This document shows positions 9,908 through 18,639 of a stretch of DNA of 61,192 nt, one piece after another; positions within the stretch are counted from its first letter, which is position 1; every line of letters starts with the position of its first letter. The notes below the pieces were generated by a model. It saw nothing but the letters and a program-made list of their open reading frames with translations, was not told the DNA's origin and did not search any database. Both the position numbers and the translations under genes were made by a program. Source of the DNA: an uncultured Pseudomonadota bacterium (GTDB taxonomy: Bacteria; SAR324; NAC60-12); assembly GCA_913020725.1 (NCBI GenBank), contig CAJWCD010000004.1, positions 1 through 61,192 of the forward strand, given 5' to 3'.

Positions 9908-10227
9908 GTGTGCTGCGAACCGAGTTGCAGTCCCACCACTCCGGCGATGATGAGGGAGATCGAAGCCAGCTTCAGCACTGTGAAAGGTTCCTTGAACCAC
10001 CAAAAGCCAATGATCGTGACCAAGGCGGTGCCGAACCCGGACCAGATGGCGTAGGCCACGCTGACATCAATCTGCTTGAGCGCAAATGTAAGCAGCATCA
10101 AACTTATCAGGTAAAACACCACGATTCCCACGGACGGGCCCAGCTTGGTGAAGCCGTCGGAGAGTTTCATCGAGATGGTTCCGGCCACCTCAAAACAAAT
10201 TGCGATCACAAGATAAAGCCAAGGCAT
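9904..10227 (-). CDS. SMR family small multidrug efflux transporter (EmrE-like)
   Basis: 107 aa with four TM helices. Has a membrane-embedded Glu in FEVAGTISMK and an AYAIWSGFG motif, as in EmrE. Confidence 0.9.
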   Translation of the reverse strand: MPWLYLVIAICFEVAGTISMKLSDGFTKLGPSVGIVVFYLISLMLLTFALKQIDVSVAYAIWSGFGTALVTIIGFWWFKEPFTVLKLASISLIIAGVVGLQLGSQHT

Positions 10228-10257
10228 CCTGAAACTCCGAAACAGTGGTAAAGCGGG

Positions 10258-11523
10258 TTAGTGAAGGAGTAGGTTTCTCACCGTAGCGGCGATTTGGGTC
10301 GTCCACGCTTGTCCTGCCAGCACCGCTGCTGGCGGAAGCGAGCGGATCAGTTGGGTGTAAGGTAGCTGGGGGTCTCGATTCCTGCTTGCTTCCAGCGCCG
10401 TGCGGAAGGCTTCCGGGAGCGCGCTGGCAAAGCGTTCGACTTCCTGAAGCTCAGCTTGCAAAATCGGCCATTGGGACTGGAGCCAGCGATCTTTTGGAGC
10501 ATAGGACTCGTCGCGGCTAAGCACGGCATCAAGTTGGCGGATGCGCTCTTTCAGGTTGTCGCATACTGTTTCGCGTCCGGCGGCATAGACCGTTCGCAAG
10601 GCATTGGACGCAGCAAAAGGCATCCGCACCAACTCGTACCAATGCAGCAGCACAATCAACTGGGCGCAGTACTCGACTTGGCTACCGACAATCCGTCGCA
10701 AATTGCGGGGACGGTTGTCTGGATAAGGCGTGAAACCTGTGCGGTTTGCATCAGTAGGATTGAGTCCGCGCAGGAGCCGCCGCGAGCAGCGCCCACCCGC
10801 CGGGGTGAAGGTTCCATATTCTGCCTGCAACGGTCCAAGCAGGCTGTTGTTGCCGCCAATGAACAGGCGTTTGCAGTCGAGGAACAATCCGGATTCGACG
10901 TCTCCCAGCAGTGTTCCGGTGGCCTTGTCACCGTGAGCCGTGAAGTTGAAGTGAATGGTTCCACTACCCACCTCGGTGAAATGTCCCAATTCCGGGCCAT
11001 TGCCTCCGGAGATCAACAGGTCACAGAGGTTGCTGTTGCTGCCCAGCGTGACCCACGGAAAGAGGATCGTCATTTTCGTGTCGGTGTGCTGCGCGGTGGA
11101 AGCGTCTTCTTCGTAGAGCGATCCCTTCCGGACTCGAAAACCGTAGCCCGTAGTGAAATCGTTGAGCTGCGTTTCCTTGCCCAAGAACACACAGTCCTCC
11201 GCCACTCCGGAGCCAAGATCGCTGTGCGGCCCCACCGTTGTACGACAGAGGGTGACGGGTCCCAAACTGCCGACCACGGCTCCGTCACCGACCTCCGCAT
11301 CCTCAAGGGTCGCAGGGCCACACAATCCGATTTCCACCTGTGCGCCAATGGTCGTTTTTACTCCAGAAATTCGGGTTCCGGGGTGGAGCGTGGCCGTTGC
11401 CGAGATGCGTTCCAACACCACATCGGTTGCAATGTGGACTGCCTCTGAGTCCGGAAGCACCACACCCCGCTCCACAAGGGTCTGGAGTTGAATGGGTGTA
11501 TAGTAAATAGGTTGCTTCATCAT
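10258..11523 (-). CDS. hexapeptide-repeat (left-handed beta-helix) protein, function unknown
   Basis: Long frame 10258..11895 trimmed to the ATG-ATG at 11523, just after the hemD stop. The N-terminal half is rich in [LIV]-G-x-x-x-x repeats (IGAQVEIG, VGDGAVVG, VGPHSDLG). The C-terminal half is helical. Confidence 0.65.
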   Translation of the reverse strand: MMKQPIYYTPIQLQTLVERGVVLPDSEAVHIATDVVLERISATATLHPGTRISGVKTTIGAQVEIGLCGPATLEDAEVGDGAVVGSLGPVTLCRTTVGPHSDLGSGVAEDCVFLGKETQLNDFTTGYGFRVRKGSLYEEDASTAQHTDTKMTILFPWVTLGSNSNLCDLLISGGNGPELGHFTEVGSGTIHFNFTAHGDKATGTLLGDVESGLFLDCKRLFIGGNNSLLGPLQAEYGTFTPAGGRCSRRLLRGLNPTDANRTGFTPYPDNRPRNLRRIVGSQVEYCAQLIVLLHWYELVRMPFAASNALRTVYAAGRETVCDNLKERIRQLDAVLSRDESYAPKDRWLQSQWPILQAELQEVERFASALPEAFRTALEASRNRDPQLPYTQLIRSLPPAAVLAGQAWTTQIAATVRNLLLH

Positions 11524-11534
11524 CGCCTCCCTTG

Positions 11535-12335
11535 TTATGACGGCACGGTCATCGCTTGGACAAGTCCTGCAAGGGTTTGCTCGGATGCAGTCACCGTCAC
11601 ACAAAACCCGTGTTCGTGCAAGGCTTGACGGGTGGTGGGACCAATGCAGGCCACGGCGGTTTTGAGTTCGGCAAGCACGACTTGGGGAGTGGTCAGTTTC
11701 ACAAAATTGTTGACTGCCGAGGGGCTGCAAAACGTCAGCCAGTCCAACCGTCCAGACACCACCAGTTTCGTCAGAAAAGCTGGAGGAATTGGCGGACAAC
11801 CTGTTTCGTAAACCGGAGTCTGGATCACTTCTGCGCCTTGCTCTCGCAAGGACGCAGAAAGCAACTCGCGGGGTTGCTGCGCTCCGGGCATCCAAAACCG
11901 CTGCCCATGCAACTCCCGCTTGGAAAAACTGGCGACCAACCCCTCAGAACTGGCCTCGTCGGGTACGAGTTCCACCGTCCAGCCAAGCTCACGAAGCGCA
12001 GTCGCTGTGGTCTTGCCGATGCATGCTATCTGCAAATGCCGCAGTGCAGAGCATTCCACTTGCAGCGTCTTCAATCGTCGCACTAGCAGCCGCACCGCAT
12101 TCCGGCTTGTGAACACCAACCAATCCAAGTGGGGGAGTTCATTTTGAACCACTTGATCAAACGCACCCCACGATTTGACTGGTGCGATCTGGAAGGTCGG
12201 AAGCAGATAAACAAGCGCCCCGTGGTTCACCAGCAACCGACTCAGCCGAGGATCATCCTCCTCCGGGCGAGTGACCAGCACAGACTTTCTGTGCAGTTCT
12301 CCGGAAGCAGCGGACGATGCGGATGCGCCGCTCAT
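11535..12335 (-). CDS. hemD: uroporphyrinogen-III synthase
   Basis: VLVTRPEEDD...L, DWLVFTSRNAV and DWLTFCSPSAV duplicated half-domain signatures of the HEM4 family. ATGA overlap with the upstream gene. Confidence 0.85.
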   Translation of the reverse strand: MSGASASSAASGELHRKSVLVTRPEEDDPRLSRLLVNHGALVYLLPTFQIAPVKSWGAFDQVVQNELPHLDWLVFTSRNAVRLLVRRLKTLQVECSALRHLQIACIGKTTATALRELGWTVELVPDEASSEGLVASFSKRELHGQRFWMPGAQQPRELLSASLREQGAEVIQTPVYETGCPPIPPAFLTKLVVSGRLDWLTFCSPSAVNNFVKLTTPQVVLAELKTAVACIGPTTRQALHEHGFCVTVTASEQTLAGLVQAMTVPS

Positions 12336-12673
12336 CGTGGGTAGTGGTGGGACTCGATACGTGTCACTGTCGGCGGCGGCGGAACCACTGGCTCCGGAAC
12401 CACCTGCTGCCAGCGGCGCATCGCACAGTAGTAGAGCAGGTAAAAAAGCACCCCAATCCCTAGCACTCCGTAAAGTAAGAGCAGCAACCTCAAGATGCCA
12501 AGCGGAATGCCCACCTGACGACTAAAATCTTCGCACACCCCCAGCAGCCACGGCTTGCGCTTGGGGCGTTCCTCCAGCATCCCAGTGTGGTGACGGATCA
12601 AGCCGACCACGATCCACGCCGCGAAGAGCAGCGTGATCAGCCCGAAGAGCAGCAACGGTGGGTTCGACAACAC
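12332..12673 (-). CDS. PspC-domain membrane protein
   Basis: KPWLLGVCEDFSRQVGIPLGILRLLLLLYGVLGIGVLFYLLYY matches the PspC-domain pattern (GVC.G.A...G....RL.F). GTG start. Confidence 0.65.
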   Translation of the reverse strand: MLSNPPLLLFGLITLLFAAWIVVGLIRHHTGMLEERPKRKPWLLGVCEDFSRQVGIPLGILRLLLLLYGVLGIGVLFYLLYYCAMRRWQQVVPEPVVPPPPTVTRIESHHYPR

Positions 12674-12675
12674 AA

Positions 12676-12861
12676 TCAGATGCCTTCCGCGACGTGGCGG
12701 TACGCCTTGCGGAGTCCGTCGCGCAAGAGGGCTTCGGACGGTTGCCCGAACTGCTGCTCGAACTGCTGCTGCACGTCCGGAAAATCCGGAAAATCATCGG
12801 GTCCGGTCTGCTGGCGCAAGTGCTTCATCGCCGCTAGGATTGCTTCGTAGCCAACTCGCAT
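12676..12861 (-). CDS. small hypothetical protein
   Basis: 61 aa from the ATG at 12861, immediately after the htrA stop. Tightly packed between htrA and the PspC-domain gene. No recognisable motif. Confidence 0.4.
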   Translation of the reverse strand: MRVGYEAILAAMKHLRQQTGPDDFPDFPDVQQQFEQQFGQPSEALLRDGLRKAYRHVAEGI

Positions 12862-12862
12862 G

Positions 12863-14311
12863 TCAGTGGTTTCGAAGCACGATATACTGCCCACCGCTCC
12901 CGGAGGTGACATAGAGCAACACCCCTTTCTCTAAGTCCGCATCCGCAAGGGCTGTCCGGAAATCCTCTAAATTCGCCATCGGTTTTGAGTCCATTTCCTG
13001 AAGGACCAGCCCGGCCCGTAACCCTGCTTCGGCGGCGGGGGAACCTTCGGCGACTTCACGAATCACAACGCCGGACTCGACTTGCAGTCCGAATTGCCGT
13101 GCGCTCTCTGCTGTCAACTCCACCACCACAATGCCGAGCGGATTGTCCTGTTCCAGTGGCGGTGCCTGCGGAGTGGAAGGGGTAAAACGCCGCGAGAGGT
13201 TCTTGGGACGTTCGTCCAGACGGATCTCGAAGCGGAGGGATTCGTTGCTCCGGAGGATCATAATCCGGACGACGGCATTGGCACGGGCATTGGCAATCAT
13301 GTTGCGGAAGTGGTTGCTGTCCACAACCTTGCGGTCGTTCAGTTCAACCACAATGTCGCCCTTCTGCAACCCCTCCCGCTCCGCAGGAGTACCAGGCATG
13401 ACTCCGGTGACGAGCGACCCTCGCGTGCTCTCCAGATTAAACATCCGGGCCAAGTCCGGAGTGATATCTTGAATGCCAACCCCAAGCCAACCACGAGAAA
13501 CGCTGCCCCGATTAATCAAATCCTCTAGGATGCCCCGTGCCATGTTGATCGGCACGGCAAAGCCGATCCCTTGGTAGCCTCCGCTACGCGTGAAGATCGC
13601 CGTGTTCACCCCCACGATCTCGCCGCGCAAGCTGATCAGCGGCCCCCCGCTGTTGCCGGGGTTAATCGCCGCATCGGTTTGGATGAAGTCTTCATATTCG
13701 GTGATGCCCACTCCGGAGCGTCCCTTCGCACTGACAATTCCATAAGTGACCGTCTGCGAAAGCCCGAAGGGGTTGCCAACGGCGATGACGGACTCACCCA
13801 CCTCGATCTCATCTGAGTTGCCCATGGGCAAAACGGGCAGATCCGACCCCTCGATCTTAATCACAGAGATGTCGGATTCTGGATCTGTGCCGACGAGTTT
13901 AGCTTCCAGTTCCCGACCATCGTAAAGCTTGACGAGAATCCGATCGGCCTCACCCACCACATGATGGTTGGTGAGGATGTGCCCCTCTGCGCTGATGATG
14001 GAACCGGAACCCATGCCCTCCTGCCGAAACTCGCGCCCGCGCCCGCGCTGGGGAAGGCGAAGGTTTGGAAAGAAACGCTTGAGGAACTCATCGTTGTAGA
14101 GTTCTGACGGGTTGTTGAGTGGCTGACCGTCCGCCCCCCGCAGCACTTTCTCGACCTTGATATTGACCACGGCTTTCTGGACATTCTGCACCAGTGCCGC
14201 ACGAGTTTTGGATTCCCGGATGAGGTGTTCCAAGTCCTCCGTGCTCTGAGCGTGGAGCGGGATCGGCAAGCACAGCGACATCAAGAAAAGGGCAAACGAA
14301 TAAAGTTTCAT
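12863..14311 (-). CDS. htrA: periplasmic serine endoprotease DegP/HtrA family (trypsin domain + 2 PDZ)
   Basis: Signal peptide, TNHHVV (His), GNSGGPL (Ser) and two PDZ-like regions (GLQKGDIVVELN, GLRAGLVLQEM). Confidence 0.95.
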   Translation of the reverse strand: MKLYSFALFLMSLCLPIPLHAQSTEDLEHLIRESKTRAALVQNVQKAVVNIKVEKVLRGADGQPLNNPSELYNDEFLKRFFPNLRLPQRGRGREFRQEGMGSGSIISAEGHILTNHHVVGEADRILVKLYDGRELEAKLVGTDPESDISVIKIEGSDLPVLPMGNSDEIEVGESVIAVGNPFGLSQTVTYGIVSAKGRSGVGITEYEDFIQTDAAINPGNSGGPLISLRGEIVGVNTAIFTRSGGYQGIGFAVPINMARGILEDLINRGSVSRGWLGVGIQDITPDLARMFNLESTRGSLVTGVMPGTPAEREGLQKGDIVVELNDRKVVDSNHFRNMIANARANAVVRIMILRSNESLRFEIRLDERPKNLSRRFTPSTPQAPPLEQDNPLGIVVVELTAESARQFGLQVESGVVIREVAEGSPAAEAGLRAGLVLQEMDSKPMANLEDFRTALADADLEKGVLLYVTSGSGGQYIVLRNH

Positions 14312-14465
14312 GGCGAATTTGAGACTGGATCAGTTTCGAGTTAAGGAGTCAAAATTGGGACCACCTTGCTTTTTTCCTTGGACATCTCTCCAAGCAAGGC
14401 TAGATTAAACTCCGATTTAAGAGTCCGGCGACAGGGAACAGTCGCCCATTGATTACTCCTTTAGC

Positions 14466-14870
14466 ATGACACAACCCATGAGTGAAATTCCAGAGGAACT
14501 CCTCTACACCCGAGAGCATGAGTGGATCCGCCTTGATGGTAACAAGGGCGAAGTCGGGATCACGGCCTATGCCCAACAATCCCTTGGAGACATCGTCTAT
14601 GTGGAACTCCCCACCCCCGATGAAGAGATGGACAACGGAGATGAATTCGGGAACATTGAATCGGTCAAGGCCGTTTCCTCTCTCTTCATGCCCGCGACCG
14701 GCAAAATCTTGGAGGTCAACACGGCGCTCAAGGAGCGCCCGGAACTGATCAATGAGGCCTGTTACGACGAGGGCTGGCTGGTACGGATTTCCTTCGACAA
14801 TCCCGATGACCAAGAAGGTCTGATGGATGCCGAGGCGTACCGGGAGTTTCTGGAGGAGGTCGAGGGTTAG
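14466..14870 (+). CDS. gcvH: glycine cleavage system H protein
   Basis: YTREHEWIRLDG...GITAYAQQSLGDIVYVELP and the lipoyl-lysine motif ESVKAVS. Confidence 0.95.
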   Translation: MTQPMSEIPEELLYTREHEWIRLDGNKGEVGITAYAQQSLGDIVYVELPTPDEEMDNGDEFGNIESVKAVSSLFMPATGKILEVNTALKERPELINEACYDEGWLVRISFDNPDDQEGLMDAEAYREFLEEVEG

Positions 14871-14903
14871 CCTAGGGCCAACCCTCTTGCTCGGAGTGTC
14901 ATC

Positions 14904-16469
14904 TCAACCGGACTCGGAGGATTCCGTGGGCACGCTCACCTTGTGACGCTGTGGGTCGCTTTCTTCCGAGACGGTGGGGAGACCCATGAAGCACAGCCCC
15001 ATGATGATCGTGGGGATGAGGGCGGAGAGGGCGAGCTTTCCAGGGTTGACGCCGCCAGGAAAGTACTTTTGCAGGATCGACTGACCTGCCGGGTTCGGTG
15101 CATTGGCGATCACTGTGAGGCCACCTCCAGTCACGGCCCCAGCCACCACGGCGTACTTTGCGGTGATCGTAAACCCCGGAACCAGCGTACTCAAGAAGGT
15201 GATCGCGGCGTTGTCGTTGAACGCCGTGAGAATCGTGGCGCCGATCATCAGCAGCAAGTCCGGCAATGAGCCAAGGACCGGAGCAATCCACCACGCCTGC
15301 ACCCCCCCGTGCGTCACCAACCCTGCCAAAAAGAAGCCCACCAGCACTGCTGCCTTGAGGCTGCTTTCCCCCTGATGCCGCTGGGTGATCACCGCAAATC
15401 CGAGGAACATCAGAAAACCTCCGATGAACAAGGGAGGTTCATGCGCGTTGAGGACCGTCCATGCCATGAACAGCAGGTGGACGAGTGTGATCCACACCGG
15501 AGTCCCTTCCTCATCCCCGTCAGAGCTGCCTTCTTGCGGTTTGAGCGCCGCTAGGTCTTTCCGGAACACGAGGTAGTAGATGACGTTGGAAATCACGATG
15601 CCGAGCAAGGCCTTCCAACCAAAATGGGTCGCCATGAACCCCAGCGTCCAACCCCACGGTTCCGCAACCATCAGTACCGGAGGTGCTGCGAAATGCGTCA
15701 CGGTTCCTCCCACCGAAACGTTGACGAACAGCAACCCGATCGTGGCGTAAGCCAGTCGAGGGGTGGGTTTGAGGTCGTAGAACTGATGTGACAACAGCAG
15801 GGCGGAAATCGTCATGGCCGCAGGCTCGGTGATGAACGACCCCAGCATGGGGGCGATGGTCAAAATCGACAGCCACCACGCAGCGGGACTGTGTCCTCCC
15901 AAGCCCGCCACCACGCCTAGAATCTTCTCCGAAAGCTTGAGGACGGGTTTGGTGGAGGCCAAGGTCATGATCACCACCAAAAACATCGGCTCGATGTAGA
16001 TGACCGTATGCGCCATGTAGTGCTTGAAGGTCCCCCAGTCGTAAAAGCCGATGACCGCCGCCGCCAATGCAATCACCCAGATTCCGAAGATCGCCTCCAC
16101 CTCGCCCAGGAAGTGCAGCAGATGCACCTTCATCGGCGTTGTGCGCTCGATCTCCTCGTACGAGGCTCCCTGCTGCTGCATCACCGATTCGTGTTCGTGG
16201 TGCAGGTGTTCCGCCTTGGCCCGGAGCGGTCCCGCCACAAAGGTATGGAGAATGGCACAGAGGAAGATCAGCGACCCCACGAGATTGAACGGAGCGAAGC
16301 TGATGCGGTGCAGCAGGATATCGCCAATGCCCTTGCCCTGCGCACTAAAGTCCCCGTCGCCGTAAGCATCCAGTGAAGTCGGGAAGGTCGCCGTGGCTCC
16401 GGAACTTCCTCCAGCCAGCAGAATTTCTGGAAGGAAGAGCAAGGTGATGTAGAAGAGAATTCGCAACAT
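14904..16469 (-). CDS. polytopic membrane protein, 'putative Na+/H+ antiporter' (Pfam Na_H_antiport_2-like, from memory) paralog 1
   Basis: 521 aa with more than 10 hydrophobic segments. Conserved blocks are shared with the neighbouring paralog (HHEH loop, GGHSxAAWWLSILTIAP, GGLTVIANAPNPAGQSIL). Confidence 0.8.
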   Translation of the reverse strand: MLRILFYITLLFLPEILLAGGSSGATATFPTSLDAYGDGDFSAQGKGIGDILLHRISFAPFNLVGSLIFLCAILHTFVAGPLRAKAEHLHHEHESVMQQQGASYEEIERTTPMKVHLLHFLGEVEAIFGIWVIALAAAVIGFYDWGTFKHYMAHTVIYIEPMFLVVIMTLASTKPVLKLSEKILGVVAGLGGHSPAAWWLSILTIAPMLGSFITEPAAMTISALLLSHQFYDLKPTPRLAYATIGLLFVNVSVGGTVTHFAAPPVLMVAEPWGWTLGFMATHFGWKALLGIVISNVIYYLVFRKDLAALKPQEGSSDGDEEGTPVWITLVHLLFMAWTVLNAHEPPLFIGGFLMFLGFAVITQRHQGESSLKAAVLVGFFLAGLVTHGGVQAWWIAPVLGSLPDLLLMIGATILTAFNDNAAITFLSTLVPGFTITAKYAVVAGAVTGGGLTVIANAPNPAGQSILQKYFPGGVNPGKLALSALIPTIIMGLCFMGLPTVSEESDPQRHKVSVPTESSESG

Positions 16470-16509
16470 GGTTTCCTAAGTTGAGCGCAACATGGTTTCC
16501 TAAGTTGAG
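16462..16509 (-). repeat. perfect 24-bp tandem duplication spanning the SD-like box, ATG and first codons of the transporter gene
   Basis: cgcaacatggtttcctaagttgag at 16462-16485 is repeated exactly at 16486-16509. Confidence 0.95.
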
Positions 16510-16717
16510 AGGGATGATTGTTCCGGCTGCAAAAAATCCGGATGAACACATTCTACCGTTGCACTCCTCCTCACGCTGTCACTGTTTCTTTGTAAATTTC
16601 TCAGCAGATTTGATGAAACTCACACAAGGCCTAGCGAAAAGAACACAAGAACGGAAATATTTAGCGTAGCGGAATCCGGAGCACAAGCCCGAGAGAGGCA
16701 GAAAAGGTAGGAGAAAG

Positions 16718-16751
16718 CCCCGCCAGCCAGAATACACACAGGCTAGCGGGG
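16718..16751 (-). terminator. candidate intrinsic terminator after transporter paralog 2
   Basis: ccccgccagcc (16718-16728) pairs with ggctagcgggg (16741-16751): 10 bp with one mismatch and a 12-nt loop. A moderately T-rich tract follows on the minus strand. Lies 20 nt after the stop at 16771. Confidence 0.4.
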
Positions 16752-16770
16752 AAAACTAACAGCTAGTAAA

Positions 16771-18411
16771 TTAGCCGCTGAATGGGATGCCCATGAAACA
16801 CGCGCCCATGATGATGGTGGGGATCAGAGCACAGATCGCCAGTTTCGCCGGATTGACCCCGCCCCCAAAGAAGCGGCCCAAGATGGACTGCCCTGCCGGG
16901 TTCGGCGCGTTGGCAATCACGGTCAGGCCACCTCCAGTGACGGCTCCGGCCACCACCGCATACTTCGCACTATCAGCCAGTCCGGGCACCAGCGTAGCGA
17001 GATAGGTGATAGCGGCATTGTCGTTGAACGCAGTCAGGATGGTTGCCGTCAACATCAGCGGCAAGTCATCCAAGGAACCTAACACCGGAGCGATCCACCA
17101 CCCCTGAAGGCCACCGAGCGTGACCAGCCCGGCAAGGAAGAAACCCACCATGACCGGACTCTTGAGTTCAACATGGTTCTGATGAGTGCCCGTCACGACC
17201 ATGAAGCCCAGGAAGAAGAGGAAACCGCCAATGAAGAGCGGTGGGTAGTGAGCGTTGAACACCGTCCACCCCATGAAGAGAATGGACACCAGCGTCACCA
17301 TGACCGGAATTGGCGCATCGCGCTCCGCCCACATGTTTTCAAAGTCCTCGTGACTCATCTGCCTTGGCTTGAGTTTGGAATCGTCCTCCGCGACCTCTCC
17401 CCGTGCCATCTTGGCAAACTCCCCCTTGAAGGCCATGTAGTAGATGATATTCGCGATCACAATCCCCAAAGCGGCCTTCCAACCGAAGTTGGCGGCCATG
17501 AAGCCCAGCGACCATTCCCATGGACCCGCGACCATCAACACAGGAGGCGCCGCAAAATGCGTGAGGGTTCCTCCCACCGAGATATTCACGAACAACAACC
17601 CCAGCGTACCATAAGCAAACCACGGGGATGGCTTGAGCTTGTAGAACTGGTTGGCCAGCAACAAGGCGGCAATCGTCATTGCGGCAGGCTCAGTGATGAA
17701 CGATCCCAGCAAGGGCGCAATCGTCAAAATAGACAGCCACCACGCAGCTGCGCTGTGTCCGCCGATTCCTGCCGCAAGGCCCAAGAGTTTCTCGGCAAAC
17801 TTGACGACGGGGCGTGTTGAGGCGATTCCCATGATCACCACCACAAACATTGGCTCGACGTAGTTGCGGTCATGCGCAATGTAATCCTTGAAGGTGCTCC
17901 AATCTCCGTAGTAACCGATCATGATCACCATCAACGCGATCACCCACATGCCAAAGACCGCCTCCACCTCACCGAGGAAGTGGAGCACCTCCGCCTTGAG
18001 GGGGATGTCGTGCGAAATCTCGTCCCCCGTAGCACCGGCGGCTTTCATCCGCTCATCGTGCTCGTGGTGAATCTGATGCGCCATTTCGGTGAGCTTGTTC
18101 GCCATGAAGGTGTGGAGAATGGCGATCAAGAAGATCAGCGAGCCGATCAGGTTAAACGGGTTGGCGCTGATGCGGTGCGAGAGGCGTTCTCCAATTCCAA
18201 CTTCAACTCCAACTGGGTCGCGGTAGCCCTCAATGTCCGGGACTAAATCGCAGTGAGCTGCCTCAAACTTCGCTGTGCCCGGATCCTCTGAGTAACACGC
18301 AAGCGGTACCGGGAATGGCGCTTTCTGGTCATCGTCGGCCTTGGCCCACGCGAGTCCAGCAAGGGTGGCCAGCAACAGGGTTGCGATACTCAGTTTCAGT
18401 AATCGGTCCAT
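16771..18411 (-). CDS. polytopic membrane protein, 'putative Na+/H+ antiporter'-like paralog 2
   Basis: 546 aa. Strong AGGAGG RBS, signal-like N-terminus, and the same conserved blocks as 14904..16469. Confidence 0.8.
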   Translation of the reverse strand: MDRLLKLSIATLLLATLAGLAWAKADDDQKAPFPVPLACYSEDPGTAKFEAAHCDLVPDIEGYRDPVGVEVGIGERLSHRISANPFNLIGSLIFLIAILHTFMANKLTEMAHQIHHEHDERMKAAGATGDEISHDIPLKAEVLHFLGEVEAVFGMWVIALMVIMIGYYGDWSTFKDYIAHDRNYVEPMFVVVIMGIASTRPVVKFAEKLLGLAAGIGGHSAAAWWLSILTIAPLLGSFITEPAAMTIAALLLANQFYKLKPSPWFAYGTLGLLFVNISVGGTLTHFAAPPVLMVAGPWEWSLGFMAANFGWKAALGIVIANIIYYMAFKGEFAKMARGEVAEDDSKLKPRQMSHEDFENMWAERDAPIPVMVTLVSILFMGWTVFNAHYPPLFIGGFLFFLGFMVVTGTHQNHVELKSPVMVGFFLAGLVTLGGLQGWWIAPVLGSLDDLPLMLTATILTAFNDNAAITYLATLVPGLADSAKYAVVAGAVTGGGLTVIANAPNPAGQSILGRFFGGGVNPAKLAICALIPTIIMGACFMGIPFSG

Positions 18412-18639
18412 ATTCCTCCTAGGTTAAAGTTGACACACAACGGCTATACATACCGAGATCGGACAGATAAGGCAATCAAAAAAATTAAAAAAGTCGCACA
18501 ATTTTTCAGTAATTCTGAAAATGTGGTCGCCTGCCGGGGATTTCGCGTGATTTTTTCAGGGAGATTTGCCATCCTAAACGGTTCCATCTGTCGTTACTCA
18601 ACAGCCAGCAACTTCACGTCCTCCAACCTCGATTTACGC

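Noticed and set aside
10456-11448. 330-aa ORF on the + strand
   Set aside because: It lies entirely antisense to the beta-helix protein gene (10258..11523). The translation is R/G/A/S-rich with no motif, as expected for an open off-strand frame in GC-rich DNA. The minus-strand frame has hexapeptide periodicity and fits the operon spacing.
14312-14465. Possible glycine riboswitch upstream of gcvH; a hairpin CCTTGCTT...AAGCAAGG at 14364-14399
   Set aside because: I could not find the conserved glycine-riboswitch core elements (GGAGAG...CACCG...ACCGAAGGGGCAA-like). The hairpin is real but sits in a divergent promoter region and has no T-tract or other diagnostic features.
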